Source: Longivirga aurantiaca
Lineage (GTDB): Bacteria; Actinomycetota; Actinomycetes; S36-B12; CAIYMF01
Assembly: GCF_042660085.1 (NCBI RefSeq)
Contig: NZ_JBHSTI010000008.1
Location: forward strand, 2,055,604-2,087,603
DNA length: 32,000 nucleotides
Direction of reading: 5' to 3'
Below, one piece after another: positions 8,228-16,330 of the stretch. The notes beneath the pieces were generated by a model. The model did not search any database and was not told where the DNA came from. It saw only the letters and a program-made list of their open reading frames with translations. Position 1 is the stretch's first letter. Every line of letters starts with the position of its first letter. Both the position numbers and the translations under genes were made by a program.

Positions 8228-9199
8228 GTGACCCCCCACGACGCAGAGCCGATCTGGACCGACCTCGCCACGCTGCGCTGCACGCTGGCGCCCGACCCCG
8301 TGCCCACGGACGGTGGCGGCAGCACCCGGATCCTGGTGGTCCGCCTCGACAACCCGGCGGGCGACCTCGTCGACACCGCGGTCTTCGCCGAGCTCGACGT
8401 GCTCGGACGCCGCCTCGCCACGTCCACGGCCATCGGCGGTGTCGTCATCACCGGTCGGGAGCCCGGGATCTTCGCGCCGCACTTCCGGCTCGGCGAGATC
8501 GCCGAGGGGGCCGAGGCGCTGGGCCGCCCGGTGCCGTACGGCCTCGCGCGCCTGGCGTTCACCGGCGTCGCGGCGCTCAGCCGCAGCCGGCGCGTGCGCG
8601 ACGCCCTCCTGGCCTCGCCCGCCGCCGGGATCGCCGAGCTCGCCCGCACGCACGCGGCGCTCGACCGGCTCGGCACCCTCCCCCAGGTGGTCGTCGCGGC
8701 CATCGACGGCGACGCGCTCGCCGGCGGCTGCGAGCTCGCCCTCGCCTGCGACCTGCGCGTGATGGCCCGAGGCGAGGGCCGCATCGGTCTCGTCGAGATC
8801 ACCGCCGCGATCCCCCCGGGGGCCGGCGGCACCCAGCGCCTCGCCCGCGCTGTCGGCCACGCGCAGGCCCGCTCGATGATGCTGCGCGCAACCACCTACG
8901 ACGCGGACGAGGCCAGGGCCGCGGGCCTGGTCGACGAGGTGACGGCGCCGGACGACGTCCTTGCCACCGCGATCGCCGTGGCGACCGAGGTCGCCCGGCG
9001 CAGCCCGGATGCCGTCGCCGCGGTGAAGCGGTCGCTCGCGGGCGGCCGGGCGTGGCGGTCCGGCGTCGCGGACGAGGCCGCATCCTTCGTGAGCACGGCG
9101 TCGCGCACCCGCGCCATCGCGAGGCTCAAGGACTTCGCCGCGCTGTCCGACCAGCGGGGCACGCGCACCCCGTGGCGCAACCGCACCTGGATCTCCTGA
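8228..9199 (+). CDS. enoyl-CoA hydratase/isomerase family protein
   Basis: GTG start; VVAAIDGDALAGGCELALACDLRVMARGEGRIGLVEITAAIPPGAGGTQRLARAVG and EARAAGLVDEV are crotonase-family motifs. Confidence 0.85.
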   Translation: MTPHDAEPIWTDLATLRCTLAPDPVPTDGGGSTRILVVRLDNPAGDLVDTAVFAELDVLGRRLATSTAIGGVVITGREPGIFAPHFRLGEIAEGAEALGRPVPYGLARLAFTGVAALSRSRRVRDALLASPAAGIAELARTHAALDRLGTLPQVVVAAIDGDALAGGCELALACDLRVMARGEGRIGLVEITAAIPPGAGGTQRLARAVGHAQARSMMLRATTYDADEARAAGLVDEVTAPDDVLATAIAVATEVARRSPDAVAAVKRSLAGGRAWRSGVADEAASFVSTASRTRAIARLKDFAALSDQRGTRTPWRNRTWIS

Positions 9200-9204
9200 C
9201 CCTG

Positions 9205-10734
9205 TCAGCGCAGGGACATCGCGCGTTCGGCCAGAGCTGTGATCGTCAGCGACGGGTTCACGCCGATGTTGGCGGGCACGGCGCTGCCGTCGAGCACGCG
9301 CAGGTCCTCGTGCACGTCGCCGTCGGCCGTCGCGAACACGCGGTGGTGCGGGTCGATCACGCCGTCGGCAGGCGAGCTCGCGATCACGGCGCCCCCGAGG
9401 ATGTGCGCCGTCGCCCCGATGCCCAGCACCGGATCGAGCAGCGTGCCGTACGCCGTTCCCCCGCTCGCGGCGGCCACCGCGCGGGCCGACGCGTTCGCCT
9501 GCGGGAGGTACGTCGGGATCGGTGCCGCGCCGGGCGCCAGCCGGGACCTCAGCCCCCAGCCGAGCGGGCCGCGGCGGAGCTCGAGCGCGATCTCGTTGTC
9601 GTCGTGCTGCATCACGGTCAGCACCGTGACGCGCCGGTTCCAGTCGCGGGCACGGAGGTTGGCCGTCGCGGCGCGCGGGTCCCGGATCATCGCGGTCAGG
9701 ATCCCGCGCGCGCGGGCGCCGCGGCTCTCGGCGTCGACGAGCGGCGCGAGGTACCAGCGCATGAAGCCGTACGACGCCGGGAAGCGGTTGTTCGTGACGT
9801 GCGTCGAGGCGTCGGGGTGGAAGTCGCTGCTGATCGTCGCGCCGTCGGTGCTGACGTCCGTGGAGCCGTCGGGCTGCAGCACCGCCGTGAACGCCTCGGA
9901 GTTGGTGCGCACGTGCCGCCCGAGCGCCGGCGAAGCCCACGGCAGCGAGAGCCACCGGTCGCGCGAGGCGAGCAGCAGCTCGGTCGTGCCGAGCACCCCC
10001 GCGGCCAGCACCACCTCGCGCGCGTCGAGCGTGCGCACCGGCGAGCGACGGTCGAGCGGGTCCACCACGTCGAGCCGCCAGCCCCCGCCCCGCAGGCGCT
10101 CGAGACGGCGCACCCTCGACCTCGGTGTGACGGTCGCGCCGAGCGCCTCCGCCTGCGCGAGATAGGTGCGGTCCACGCTGTTCTTCGCGCCGTGCACGCA
10201 CCCGGTGAGGCACGCCCCGCACCGGACGCAGTCGGCGAACGAGATGCCCTGCGGAGTCGGCGCGTACGTCGACCCCGCGCCGAGCGAGTTCGCGGCGGTG
10301 GACAACCAGCGGTCCTGGGCGCCGACGTACGGATTGGTCTCGACGCCGAGCATCGACGCCGCGGTCGCGTAGTGCCGGTCGAGCTCGGAGGCCCAGTCGA
10401 GGCCGGTGGCGGTCCAGCCCGCGGCCTCCCAGGCGTGCGGCGTGGGACGCAGCAGGACCGCGGCGTACACGACCGACCCGCCGCCCACCCCCACGCCGTG
10501 CACCACGACGACGTGCCGCAGGAGCGTCTGGCGGAAGTACCCCGAGAGCCCTGCCTCGGGCGCCCAGAGCAGCGCGCGCGTGCTGCGCGCACCCGCCTCG
10601 AGGTCGTCGCGGGTGAGCCTGCGGCCCTGCTCGAGCACCGCCACCGAGCGACCCGCCTGGGCATGGCGCAGCGCCGCGACGCCACCGCCGAAGCCGGACC
10701 CGACCACGGCGACGTCCACGTCGAAGCTGCTCAC
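9205..10734 (-). CDS. GMC-family FAD oxidoreductase (cholesterol-oxidase-like subgroup)
   Basis: VAVVGSGFGGGVAALRHAQAGRSVAVLEQGRRL; HGVGVGGGSVVYAAVLLRP; C-terminal DGSAVPANIGVNPSLTITALAERA. Confidence 0.85.
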   Translation of the reverse strand: MSSFDVDVAVVGSGFGGGVAALRHAQAGRSVAVLEQGRRLTRDDLEAGARSTRALLWAPEAGLSGYFRQTLLRHVVVVHGVGVGGGSVVYAAVLLRPTPHAWEAAGWTATGLDWASELDRHYATAASMLGVETNPYVGAQDRWLSTAANSLGAGSTYAPTPQGISFADCVRCGACLTGCVHGAKNSVDRTYLAQAEALGATVTPRSRVRRLERLRGGGWRLDVVDPLDRRSPVRTLDAREVVLAAGVLGTTELLLASRDRWLSLPWASPALGRHVRTNSEAFTAVLQPDGSTDVSTDGATISSDFHPDASTHVTNNRFPASYGFMRWYLAPLVDAESRGARARGILTAMIRDPRAATANLRARDWNRRVTVLTVMQHDDNEIALELRRGPLGWGLRSRLAPGAAPIPTYLPQANASARAVAAASGGTAYGTLLDPVLGIGATAHILGGAVIASSPADGVIDPHHRVFATADGDVHEDLRVLDGSAVPANIGVNPSLTITALAERAMSLR

Positions 10735-10738
10735 ACCG

Positions 10739-11185
10739 TCATCCTGGCGGCACGTCCACCACGGGCGGGTCGATGTGCACGAGATCGACCTCGGGCGTCA
10801 ACTGCACCACGACCCATACGCGCTTCTTGCCGACGAGACGCAAGGGCCACCGGGCCGGCCACATGAGCGAGAAGTGCCGTCCGTACTTCGCGCGGTGCGC
10901 GCGCACGCCGTCCCTGAACTCGCTGCGGTCGAGCACCTCCGCCCGGCCGGCGACGTACGACGCATCGGGCAGCAGCCGGCCGTAGCCGTCGCAGGCGGCG
11001 ACAGCCACGAGCGGCTCGCGGCGGGCCCGCGCCACCTTGTACGAGTCGCCGAACGTCGAGACGAACAGCCGCGAGCCGTCTCCGCTCACCCACACGGGCG
11101 TGTGCGCCGGCGACCCGTCCGCACGGAAGGTCACGAGGTCGACGAACCGCTCGTCGCCGAGCGTGCGCGCGAGATCGTCGGCCAT
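10739..11185 (-). CDS. PPOX-class, probably F420-dependent oxidoreductase
   Basis: RFVDLVTFRADGSPAHTPVWVSGDGSRLFVSTFGDSYKVARARREPLVAVAACDGYGR; about 148 aa, start ATG 11183-11185. Confidence 0.75.
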   Translation of the reverse strand: MADDLARTLGDERFVDLVTFRADGSPAHTPVWVSGDGSRLFVSTFGDSYKVARARREPLVAVAACDGYGRLLPDASYVAGRAEVLDRSEFRDGVRAHRAKYGRHFSLMWPARWPLRLVGKKRVWVVVQLTPEVDLVHIDPPVVDVPPG

Positions 11186-11206
11186 GGCACGACTGTGCCA
11201 TGGCCG
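11179..11206. promoter_or_regulatory. perfect 12-bp inverted repeat spanning the start codon of the PPOX-like gene
   Basis: CGGCCATGGCAC gact GTGCCATGGCCG; contains the start codon at 11183-11185 (minus). Confidence 0.5.
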
Positions 11207-11290
11207 CCCGGGATTCCGATGAAACCGTGACGCCGCGGCAGAACCGCGAGCCGAGACGCCGACTGGCGTGCACTCCCCTACGCTCACCGC

Positions 11291-12406
11291 ATGAGCGACG
11301 ACGCGACCATCCCCGCCGCCGACGATGCAGCCGTGCAGGCCGCCGGCCCGCGGCCCGCGCTCGACAAGAAGAAGTCGATCATCTTCGGCCTCATCGGCCT
11401 CGCGGTCCTCGTGATCATCTTCGTCAAGGTGATCCCGCAGATCGGCAGCTACTCCGACGCGGTCGAGTCCCTGAAGCGCATGAACGTGAGCGACATCGTC
11501 CTCATCGCGCTCATGGTGCTCATCTACCTCGCGTTCTACCCGCTGCCGTTCATGGCCGCGACCCCCGGCCTGCCCTACGGCCGCGCCTTCCAGATCAACC
11601 AGGGCGCGTTCGCGATCAGCAACGGCATCCCCGCCGGAGGCGCCTTCGGGCTCGGCGTGCAGTACGCGATGCTCGCGTCCTGGCGGGTGCCGCCCACGGT
11701 CGCGACGGCGGCGATCGGAGCGGTCGGCGTGTGGAGCGTCTTCGTCACGCTCGGCCTGCCCGTGTTCGGCGTGTTCGCCCTGTGGGCCTCCGGACTCGTC
11801 GACGTGAGCTCGTACGTGAAGTACGCACTGATCGGGCTCGGCGTCCTCACCGCGATGATCGTCGTCTTCGCGCTCATCATGCGCAGCGAGGCGCTCGCCG
11901 TGAAGATCGGCGAGCTCGGCAACAAGCTGGTCAACCCGGTCCTCACGAGGTTCAAGCGCGACGCCATCGACCTCGTCGGCTCGGTGCTCAGCTTCCGCAA
12001 CGACACGGTGGACCTCGTCAAGAAGCGCTGGCACGTGATCACGGGCGCGCAGCTCGGCGTCTCGATCACCCAGGGCCTGATCCTGCTGGCCGCGCTCTGG
12101 GGCGTGCAGGGCGACGGCAACCACACGCCCGCCCTCGCCGTGCTCGGGGCCTACGCCGTGGCCCAGATCGGCATCATGATCCCGCTGACGCCCGGCGGTC
12201 TCGGCACGGTCGACGCCCTGATGCTCGGCATCCTGACCGCCGCCGGCGTCAGCACCGGCGACGCCACCGCCGCCACTCTCGTGTGGCGGGCGGCAAGCTT
12301 CGTGCCCCAGATCATCGTCGGGATCCTCAGCCTCGTGGTCTGGAGCCGCACGGCCGCCAAGGCGCTCGCCGCAGCCACGGACAGCACGGAGTCGCAGCCG
12401 GCCTGA
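11291..12406 (+). CDS. lysylphosphatidylglycerol synthase-like transmembrane (YbhN/flippase-like) protein
   Basis: Multi-TM protein with PLPFMAATPGLPYGRAFQINQGAFAISNGIPAGGAFGLGVQYAML and IPLTPGGLGTVDALMLGILTAAGV motifs. Confidence 0.72.
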   Translation: MSDDATIPAADDAAVQAAGPRPALDKKKSIIFGLIGLAVLVIIFVKVIPQIGSYSDAVESLKRMNVSDIVLIALMVLIYLAFYPLPFMAATPGLPYGRAFQINQGAFAISNGIPAGGAFGLGVQYAMLASWRVPPTVATAAIGAVGVWSVFVTLGLPVFGVFALWASGLVDVSSYVKYALIGLGVLTAMIVVFALIMRSEALAVKIGELGNKLVNPVLTRFKRDAIDLVGSVLSFRNDTVDLVKKRWHVITGAQLGVSITQGLILLAALWGVQGDGNHTPALAVLGAYAVAQIGIMIPLTPGGLGTVDALMLGILTAAGVSTGDATAATLVWRAASFVPQIIVGILSLVVWSRTAAKALAAATDSTESQPA

Positions 12407-12427
12407 CCCGGGGCTACGGTCCTCCGC

Positions 12428-13156
12428 ATGACCTCGGCGACGACTGACCGGACCGCACCTCCCCGCACCGCCCGCGCTCAGCGGTGGTTCCTCGCCAACG
12501 CCGCCACGGCGTGGGTCGGCCTCGCGATCCAGCTGACCATCAGCGCCACCGGCATGTACCCGAGCACGGCGACGAAGGCGAGCCAGTACGGCTACGGCAA
12601 CGCCCCCGGCATCGAGGGGCTCGTCGGCCGGCTCGTGGACCTCTTCTCGTACTTCACCATCTGGAGCAACATCACGGTCGCCGTGGTGATGACGCTGCTG
12701 GCCCTCGACGCCCGACGCGACTCCCCGGTCCTGCGCGCGGTCCGGCTCTCGGGCCTGCTGATGATCTCGATCACCGGGCTCGTGTACGGCGTGATCCTCT
12801 CGGGCGTCTCCACCCTGCGCGGGTGGGAGGTGCTCGCGAACCTCTTCATCCACCAGCTCGTGCCGCTGCTCACCCTGGTGGTGTTCGTCGTCGCCGGACC
12901 GCGCGGCTGGATCGACCTTCGCGTGCTGCTCGGCTCGTTCGTGCTCCCTATCGTGTGGCTGGTCTACGTGCTCGTCCGCGGAGCCGTGATCGGGGCCTAC
13001 CCCTACTTCTTCATGGACGTCGTCACGCTCGGGTACGGCACGGTGCTCCTCAACCTCGGAGGCGTGCTGCTCCTCGGGCTCGTCATCGCCCTCGTGCTCT
13101 GGGCCCTCGACCGCTGGCTCGCCCGACGCGCGGGCACCGGATCACCGACCAGGTAG
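12428..13156 (+). CDS. Pr6Pr-family membrane protein
   Basis: Six predicted TM segments; YFTIWSNITVAVVMTLLALD, HQLVPLLTLVVFVVAGPRG and YPYFFMDVVTLGYGTVLLNLGGVLLLGLVIAL. Confidence 0.8.
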   Translation: MTSATTDRTAPPRTARAQRWFLANAATAWVGLAIQLTISATGMYPSTATKASQYGYGNAPGIEGLVGRLVDLFSYFTIWSNITVAVVMTLLALDARRDSPVLRAVRLSGLLMISITGLVYGVILSGVSTLRGWEVLANLFIHQLVPLLTLVVFVVAGPRGWIDLRVLLGSFVLPIVWLVYVLVRGAVIGAYPYFFMDVVTLGYGTVLLNLGGVLLLGLVIALVLWALDRWLARRAGTGSPTR

Positions 13157-13336
13157 CCCTGGACCCGGTCGACCGCAAGCGCGCCGAGCCGCTCGAAGAC
13201 CAGCGAGGTCTCGACCCCTTCGGCCGTCACGGCCGGGACCGAGCTGGTGCCCGAGCGAGACGGCGTTCTCGACGATGATCGCGTCGTCGAGGTTGTGCAT
13301 CGGGTCGGCCGAGACGGGCTCGCGGTCGATCGTCAC
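13129..13336 (-). pseudogene. C-terminal remnant of an EAL (c-di-GMP phosphodiesterase) domain, frameshifted
   Basis: Frame 1 reads VTIDREPVSADPMHNLDDAIIVENAVSLGHQLG; after a one-nucleotide shift within 13231-13237 the next frame reads VTAEGVETSLVFERLGALAVDRVQGYLVGDPVPA, matching the typical EAL ending IDRxFV...AIV.aIv.LahxLGxxVxAEGVET...CDxxQGYLxxxPxPA. Confidence 0.65.
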
Positions 13337-13454
13337 CGTGGTGAACCGGTACCAGAGCACTGGGTGCGCGCCTCGGTGACCGACACCGCGAGCGGCACCG
13401 TGGTGGTGCGCTCCCCTGTGGTGGCGGCCGCTGCCTGCACCTCGCTCCAGCGGC

Positions 13455-14609
13455 TCACGCGTTCGCTAGCGCGAGGTCGAGCGTCTCGGCGACGAGCGCG
13501 AACACCCGCTCGCGCTCGACGAGGAAGCCGTCGTGCCCGTACGGCGACGGGATCACCCGCAGACCGCCCACGGCGCTCGGAACGCCGTCGGCGACGAACG
13601 CCTGCGTGTGCAGCGGGTAGAGCCGGTCGCTGTCGATGCCCGCCACCACCAGCGGGACACCGACGCGCGCCAGCGCCGCCTCGGCGCCCCCGCGGCCGCG
13701 TCCGACGTCCCAGGTGTTCATCGCGTCGGTCAGCGCCACGTAGGTGCCCGCGTCGAAGCGGTGGACCAGCTTGGTCGCCTGGTGGTCGAGGTACGACTGC
13801 ACGGCGTACCGCCCGCCCGCGAGCGGGTCCTCACCGTCCTGCGGCGCGCTCGCGAACCGGGTCTGCAGCTCGAGCTCGCTGCGGTACGTCAGGTGCGCGA
13901 TCCTGCGGGCGATGCCGAGGCCCGCCGACGGGCCGTCCCCCGGGACGGCGTCGTGGTAGTCGCCGCCGCGCCAGCGCGGGTCCGAGGTGATCGCCAGGAT
14001 CTGCGCGGTCTGCGTCCCGATCTGGTCCGCGGTGGCGACCGCGCCGGAGGCCAGGAAGAGGGCGGACGCGATCCGGTCGCCGTGCCCGACCGCCCACTCC
14101 AGCGCGCGCATCCCGCCCATCGAGCCGCCGATCACCGACGCCCAGCGGGTGATCCCGAGGACGTCGGAGAGCGCCGCCTCGACGCGCACCTGGTCGCGCA
14201 CGGTGATCCGCGGGAAGCGGGAGCCGTACGGGCGGCCGTCGGGGGCGAGCGACGCGGGGCCCGTGCTGCCCTGGCACCCGCCGAGGATGTTCGGTGCGAC
14301 GACGAACCAGCGGTCCGTGTCGAGCGGCGCGCCGGGGCCGACGAGACCGTCCCACCAGCCGGGCGTGGGGTGCCCCGGCCCGGCCGCTCCCGCGACGTGC
14401 GAGTCGCCGGTGAGCGCGTGCAGGACGAGCACGGCGTTGGACCCGTCGGCGTCGAGCTCGCCCCAGGTCTCGTAGGCGACCGTCACCGACGGCAGGCTGC
14501 CGCCCAGCTCGAGGTCGACCCCGCCCAGGTGCGCGAAGAGGCGGTCGCCCACGTGCTCACCCTCCCGCCAGGCACCGCTGGCGGGAGGGAGGGCCGGGGC
14601 GTCGCTCAT
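13455..14609 (-). CDS. metX: homoserine O-acetyltransferase
   Basis: [88 protein letters not shown]; start ATG 14607-14609. Confidence 0.93.
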   Translation of the reverse strand: MSDAPALPPASGAWREGEHVGDRLFAHLGGVDLELGGSLPSVTVAYETWGELDADGSNAVLVLHALTGDSHVAGAAGPGHPTPGWWDGLVGPGAPLDTDRWFVVAPNILGGCQGSTGPASLAPDGRPYGSRFPRITVRDQVRVEAALSDVLGITRWASVIGGSMGGMRALEWAVGHGDRIASALFLASGAVATADQIGTQTAQILAITSDPRWRGGDYHDAVPGDGPSAGLGIARRIAHLTYRSELELQTRFASAPQDGEDPLAGGRYAVQSYLDHQATKLVHRFDAGTYVALTDAMNTWDVGRGRGGAEAALARVGVPLVVAGIDSDRLYPLHTQAFVADGVPSAVGGLRVIPSPYGHDGFLVERERVFALVAETLDLALANA

Positions 14610-14614
14610 TCCGG

Positions 14615-15931
14615 TCAGGCGCCCTTCGCGGCGCGGAACCCGGCATCGAGGTCGGCCAGGATGTCCTCGATGTTCTCGAGGCCGACCGACAGCCGCACGA
14701 GGCCCGGGGTCACGCCGGTGGTGGCCTGCTCCTCGGCCGTGAGCTGCGAGTGGGTCGTGGACGCCGGGTGGATCACGAGCGAGCGCACGTCGCCGATGTT
14801 GGCCACGTGGCTGTGCAGCTCGAGGCCCTCGACGAAGCGCTTGCCCGCCTCGACACCGCCCTCGATCTCGAAGGCGAGGACGCCGCCGGTCCCCTTCGGC
14901 GCGTACTTCTGGCCGCGCTCGTGCCACGGCGAGCTGGGCAGCCCGGCGTAGTTCACCGCGAGCACCTCGTCGCGCGCCTCGAGCCACTCGGCCACGCGCT
15001 GGGCGTTCTGCACGTGCCGCTCCACGCGGAGCGACAGCGTCTCGATGCCCTGGGCGATGAGGAAGGCGTTGAACGGCGAGACCGCCGAGCCGAGGTCGCG
15101 CAGCAGCTGCACCCGCGCCTTGAGGATGAACGCGAGGTTCGCGCCGAGCGCCGACCCCACGCCGAGGTCCCGCGCGTACACGAGGCCGTGGTAGCTCGGG
15201 TCGGGCTGGTTGTAGTTCGGGTAGCGCTCCGGGTCGGCGGCGAAGTCGAAGCGGCCGCTGTCGACGATGACGCCCGCGATCGACGACCCGTGCCCGCCGA
15301 GGTACTTCGTGGCCGAGTGCACGACGATGTCGGCGCCCCACTCGAACGGACGGATGAGGTAGGGCGTGGCGACCGTGTTGTCGACGATCAGCGGCACGCC
15401 GACCTCGTGCGCGACCGTGGCCACGCCCTCGATGTCGAGGATGTCGTTCTTGGGGTTGGAGATGGTCTCGCCGAAGAACGCCTTGGTGTTCGGTCGCGCC
15501 GCGGACCTCCACTGCTCGAGGTCGTCGGGGTCCTCGACGAACGAGACCTCGATGCCGAGCTTCGGGAAGGTGTAGTGCAGGAGGTTGTACGTGCCGCCGT
15601 AGAGCGACGGGCTGGCCACGATGTGGTCGCCGGCCTCGGCGACGTTGAGCAGGGCGATCGTCTCGGCCGCCTGACCGCTCGACACGAGGAGGGCCGCGAG
15701 GCCGCCCTCGAGCGCGGCGACGCGATCCTCGACCGCCGCCTGGGTCGGGTTCATGATGCGGGTGTAGATGTTGCCGAACTCCTTGAGCCCGAACAGGTTG
15801 GCCGCGTGCTCGGTGGAGTCGAACGTGAACGACGTGGTCTGGTAGATCGGGAGGGCGCGGGCGTTCGTCTGGCTGTCGGGCGTCTGGCCCGCGTGGATCT
15901 GCTTGGTCTCGAAGCTCCAGTCGGCGCTCAT
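14615..15931 (-). CDS. metY: O-acetylhomoserine sulfhydrylase / aminocarboxypropyltransferase
   Basis: [63 protein letters not shown]; PLP-lysine region [15 protein letters not shown]; [17 protein letters not shown]. Confidence 0.95.
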   Translation of the reverse strand: MSADWSFETKQIHAGQTPDSQTNARALPIYQTTSFTFDSTEHAANLFGLKEFGNIYTRIMNPTQAAVEDRVAALEGGLAALLVSSGQAAETIALLNVAEAGDHIVASPSLYGGTYNLLHYTFPKLGIEVSFVEDPDDLEQWRSAARPNTKAFFGETISNPKNDILDIEGVATVAHEVGVPLIVDNTVATPYLIRPFEWGADIVVHSATKYLGGHGSSIAGVIVDSGRFDFAADPERYPNYNQPDPSYHGLVYARDLGVGSALGANLAFILKARVQLLRDLGSAVSPFNAFLIAQGIETLSLRVERHVQNAQRVAEWLEARDEVLAVNYAGLPSSPWHERGQKYAPKGTGGVLAFEIEGGVEAGKRFVEGLELHSHVANIGDVRSLVIHPASTTHSQLTAEEQATTGVTPGLVRLSVGLENIEDILADLDAGFRAAKGA

Positions 15932-16055
15932 GGCGTGAGATCTCTCTTCTGTGCGTCCCGTGTCGGGGGGGTGGGTGAGGGTCGTGCGCCGCGTCAGGCG
16001 GCTGAGTGCGGGGGCGGCCACGAGGGCCGGGACGCGCGCCCGGGGAGGGCGGTGG

Positions 16056-16140
16056 GTGCGACCGCGGGACGACGAAGGCCGGAGAGTCTCTCTCCGGCCT
16101 CGGGCGCGAGTCTGTCGGGTCCCGCTAGGGACGGTCGCAC
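16056..16140 (-). promoter_or_regulatory. nested hairpin structure between leader ORF and metY, candidate attenuator
   Basis: Three nested perfect pairings: GTGCGACCG 16056-16064 with CGGTCGCAC 16132-16140; GCGGGAC 16064-16070 with GTCCCGC 16119-16125 (sharing one end nucleotide with the outer stem); AGGCCGGAGAG 16076-16086 with CTCTCCGGCCT 16090-16100 (3-nt loop). Confidence 0.5.
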
Positions 16141-16229
16141 GGCCGCATGCCGGGCATTCGACACATCTGCGACGACACGCGACCGAGGTCCACGTGACGG
16201 CGTGAGGTGAGGGCCGGGCGGCGATGCAT
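16125..16229 (-). CDS. Cys-containing leader peptide, 34 aa (MHRRPALTSRRHVDLGRVSSQMCRMPGMRPCDRP)
   Basis: ATG 16227-16229, TAG 16125-16127; contains the HVDLxRVSSxxCR signature I recognise from actinobacterial sulfur-gene leader peptides. TACGGT hexamer (minus, 16237-16242) ends 7 nt before the ATG. Upstream of metY-metX. Confidence 0.68.
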   Translation of the reverse strand: MHRRPALTSRRHVDLGRVSSQMCRMPGMRPCDRP

Positions 16230-16330
16230 GGACAGGACCGTAGCAACGGGCACGGAGGTGCGACAACGCGGGGTCGCGGAACACCCCTTGTTGCAAGGAC
16301 TTTGCAGGACTCGGCGGAGCCCCGGCAGGC

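Noticed and set aside
7369-10866. 1165-aa plus-strand ORF
   Set aside because: Spans out of frame across DinB and enoyl-CoA hydratase genes and antisense to the GMC gene; no domain support.
13533-16210. Large plus-strand ORFs 13533..14951 and 14750..16210
   Set aside because: Antisense to metX and metY, which have unmistakable family motifs; typical GC-driven open frames.
15932-16240. Canonical SAM riboswitch upstream of metY
   Set aside because: I could not match the conserved core of SAM-I/IV or SAM-II classes; the leader ORF plus nested stems explain the structure better. An Infernal/Rfam scan would be decisive.
16286-16298. CCTTG TTG CAAGG small palindrome downstream of the sugar transferase gene
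   Set aside because: Only 5-bp arms and no U-tract; too weak to call a terminator.
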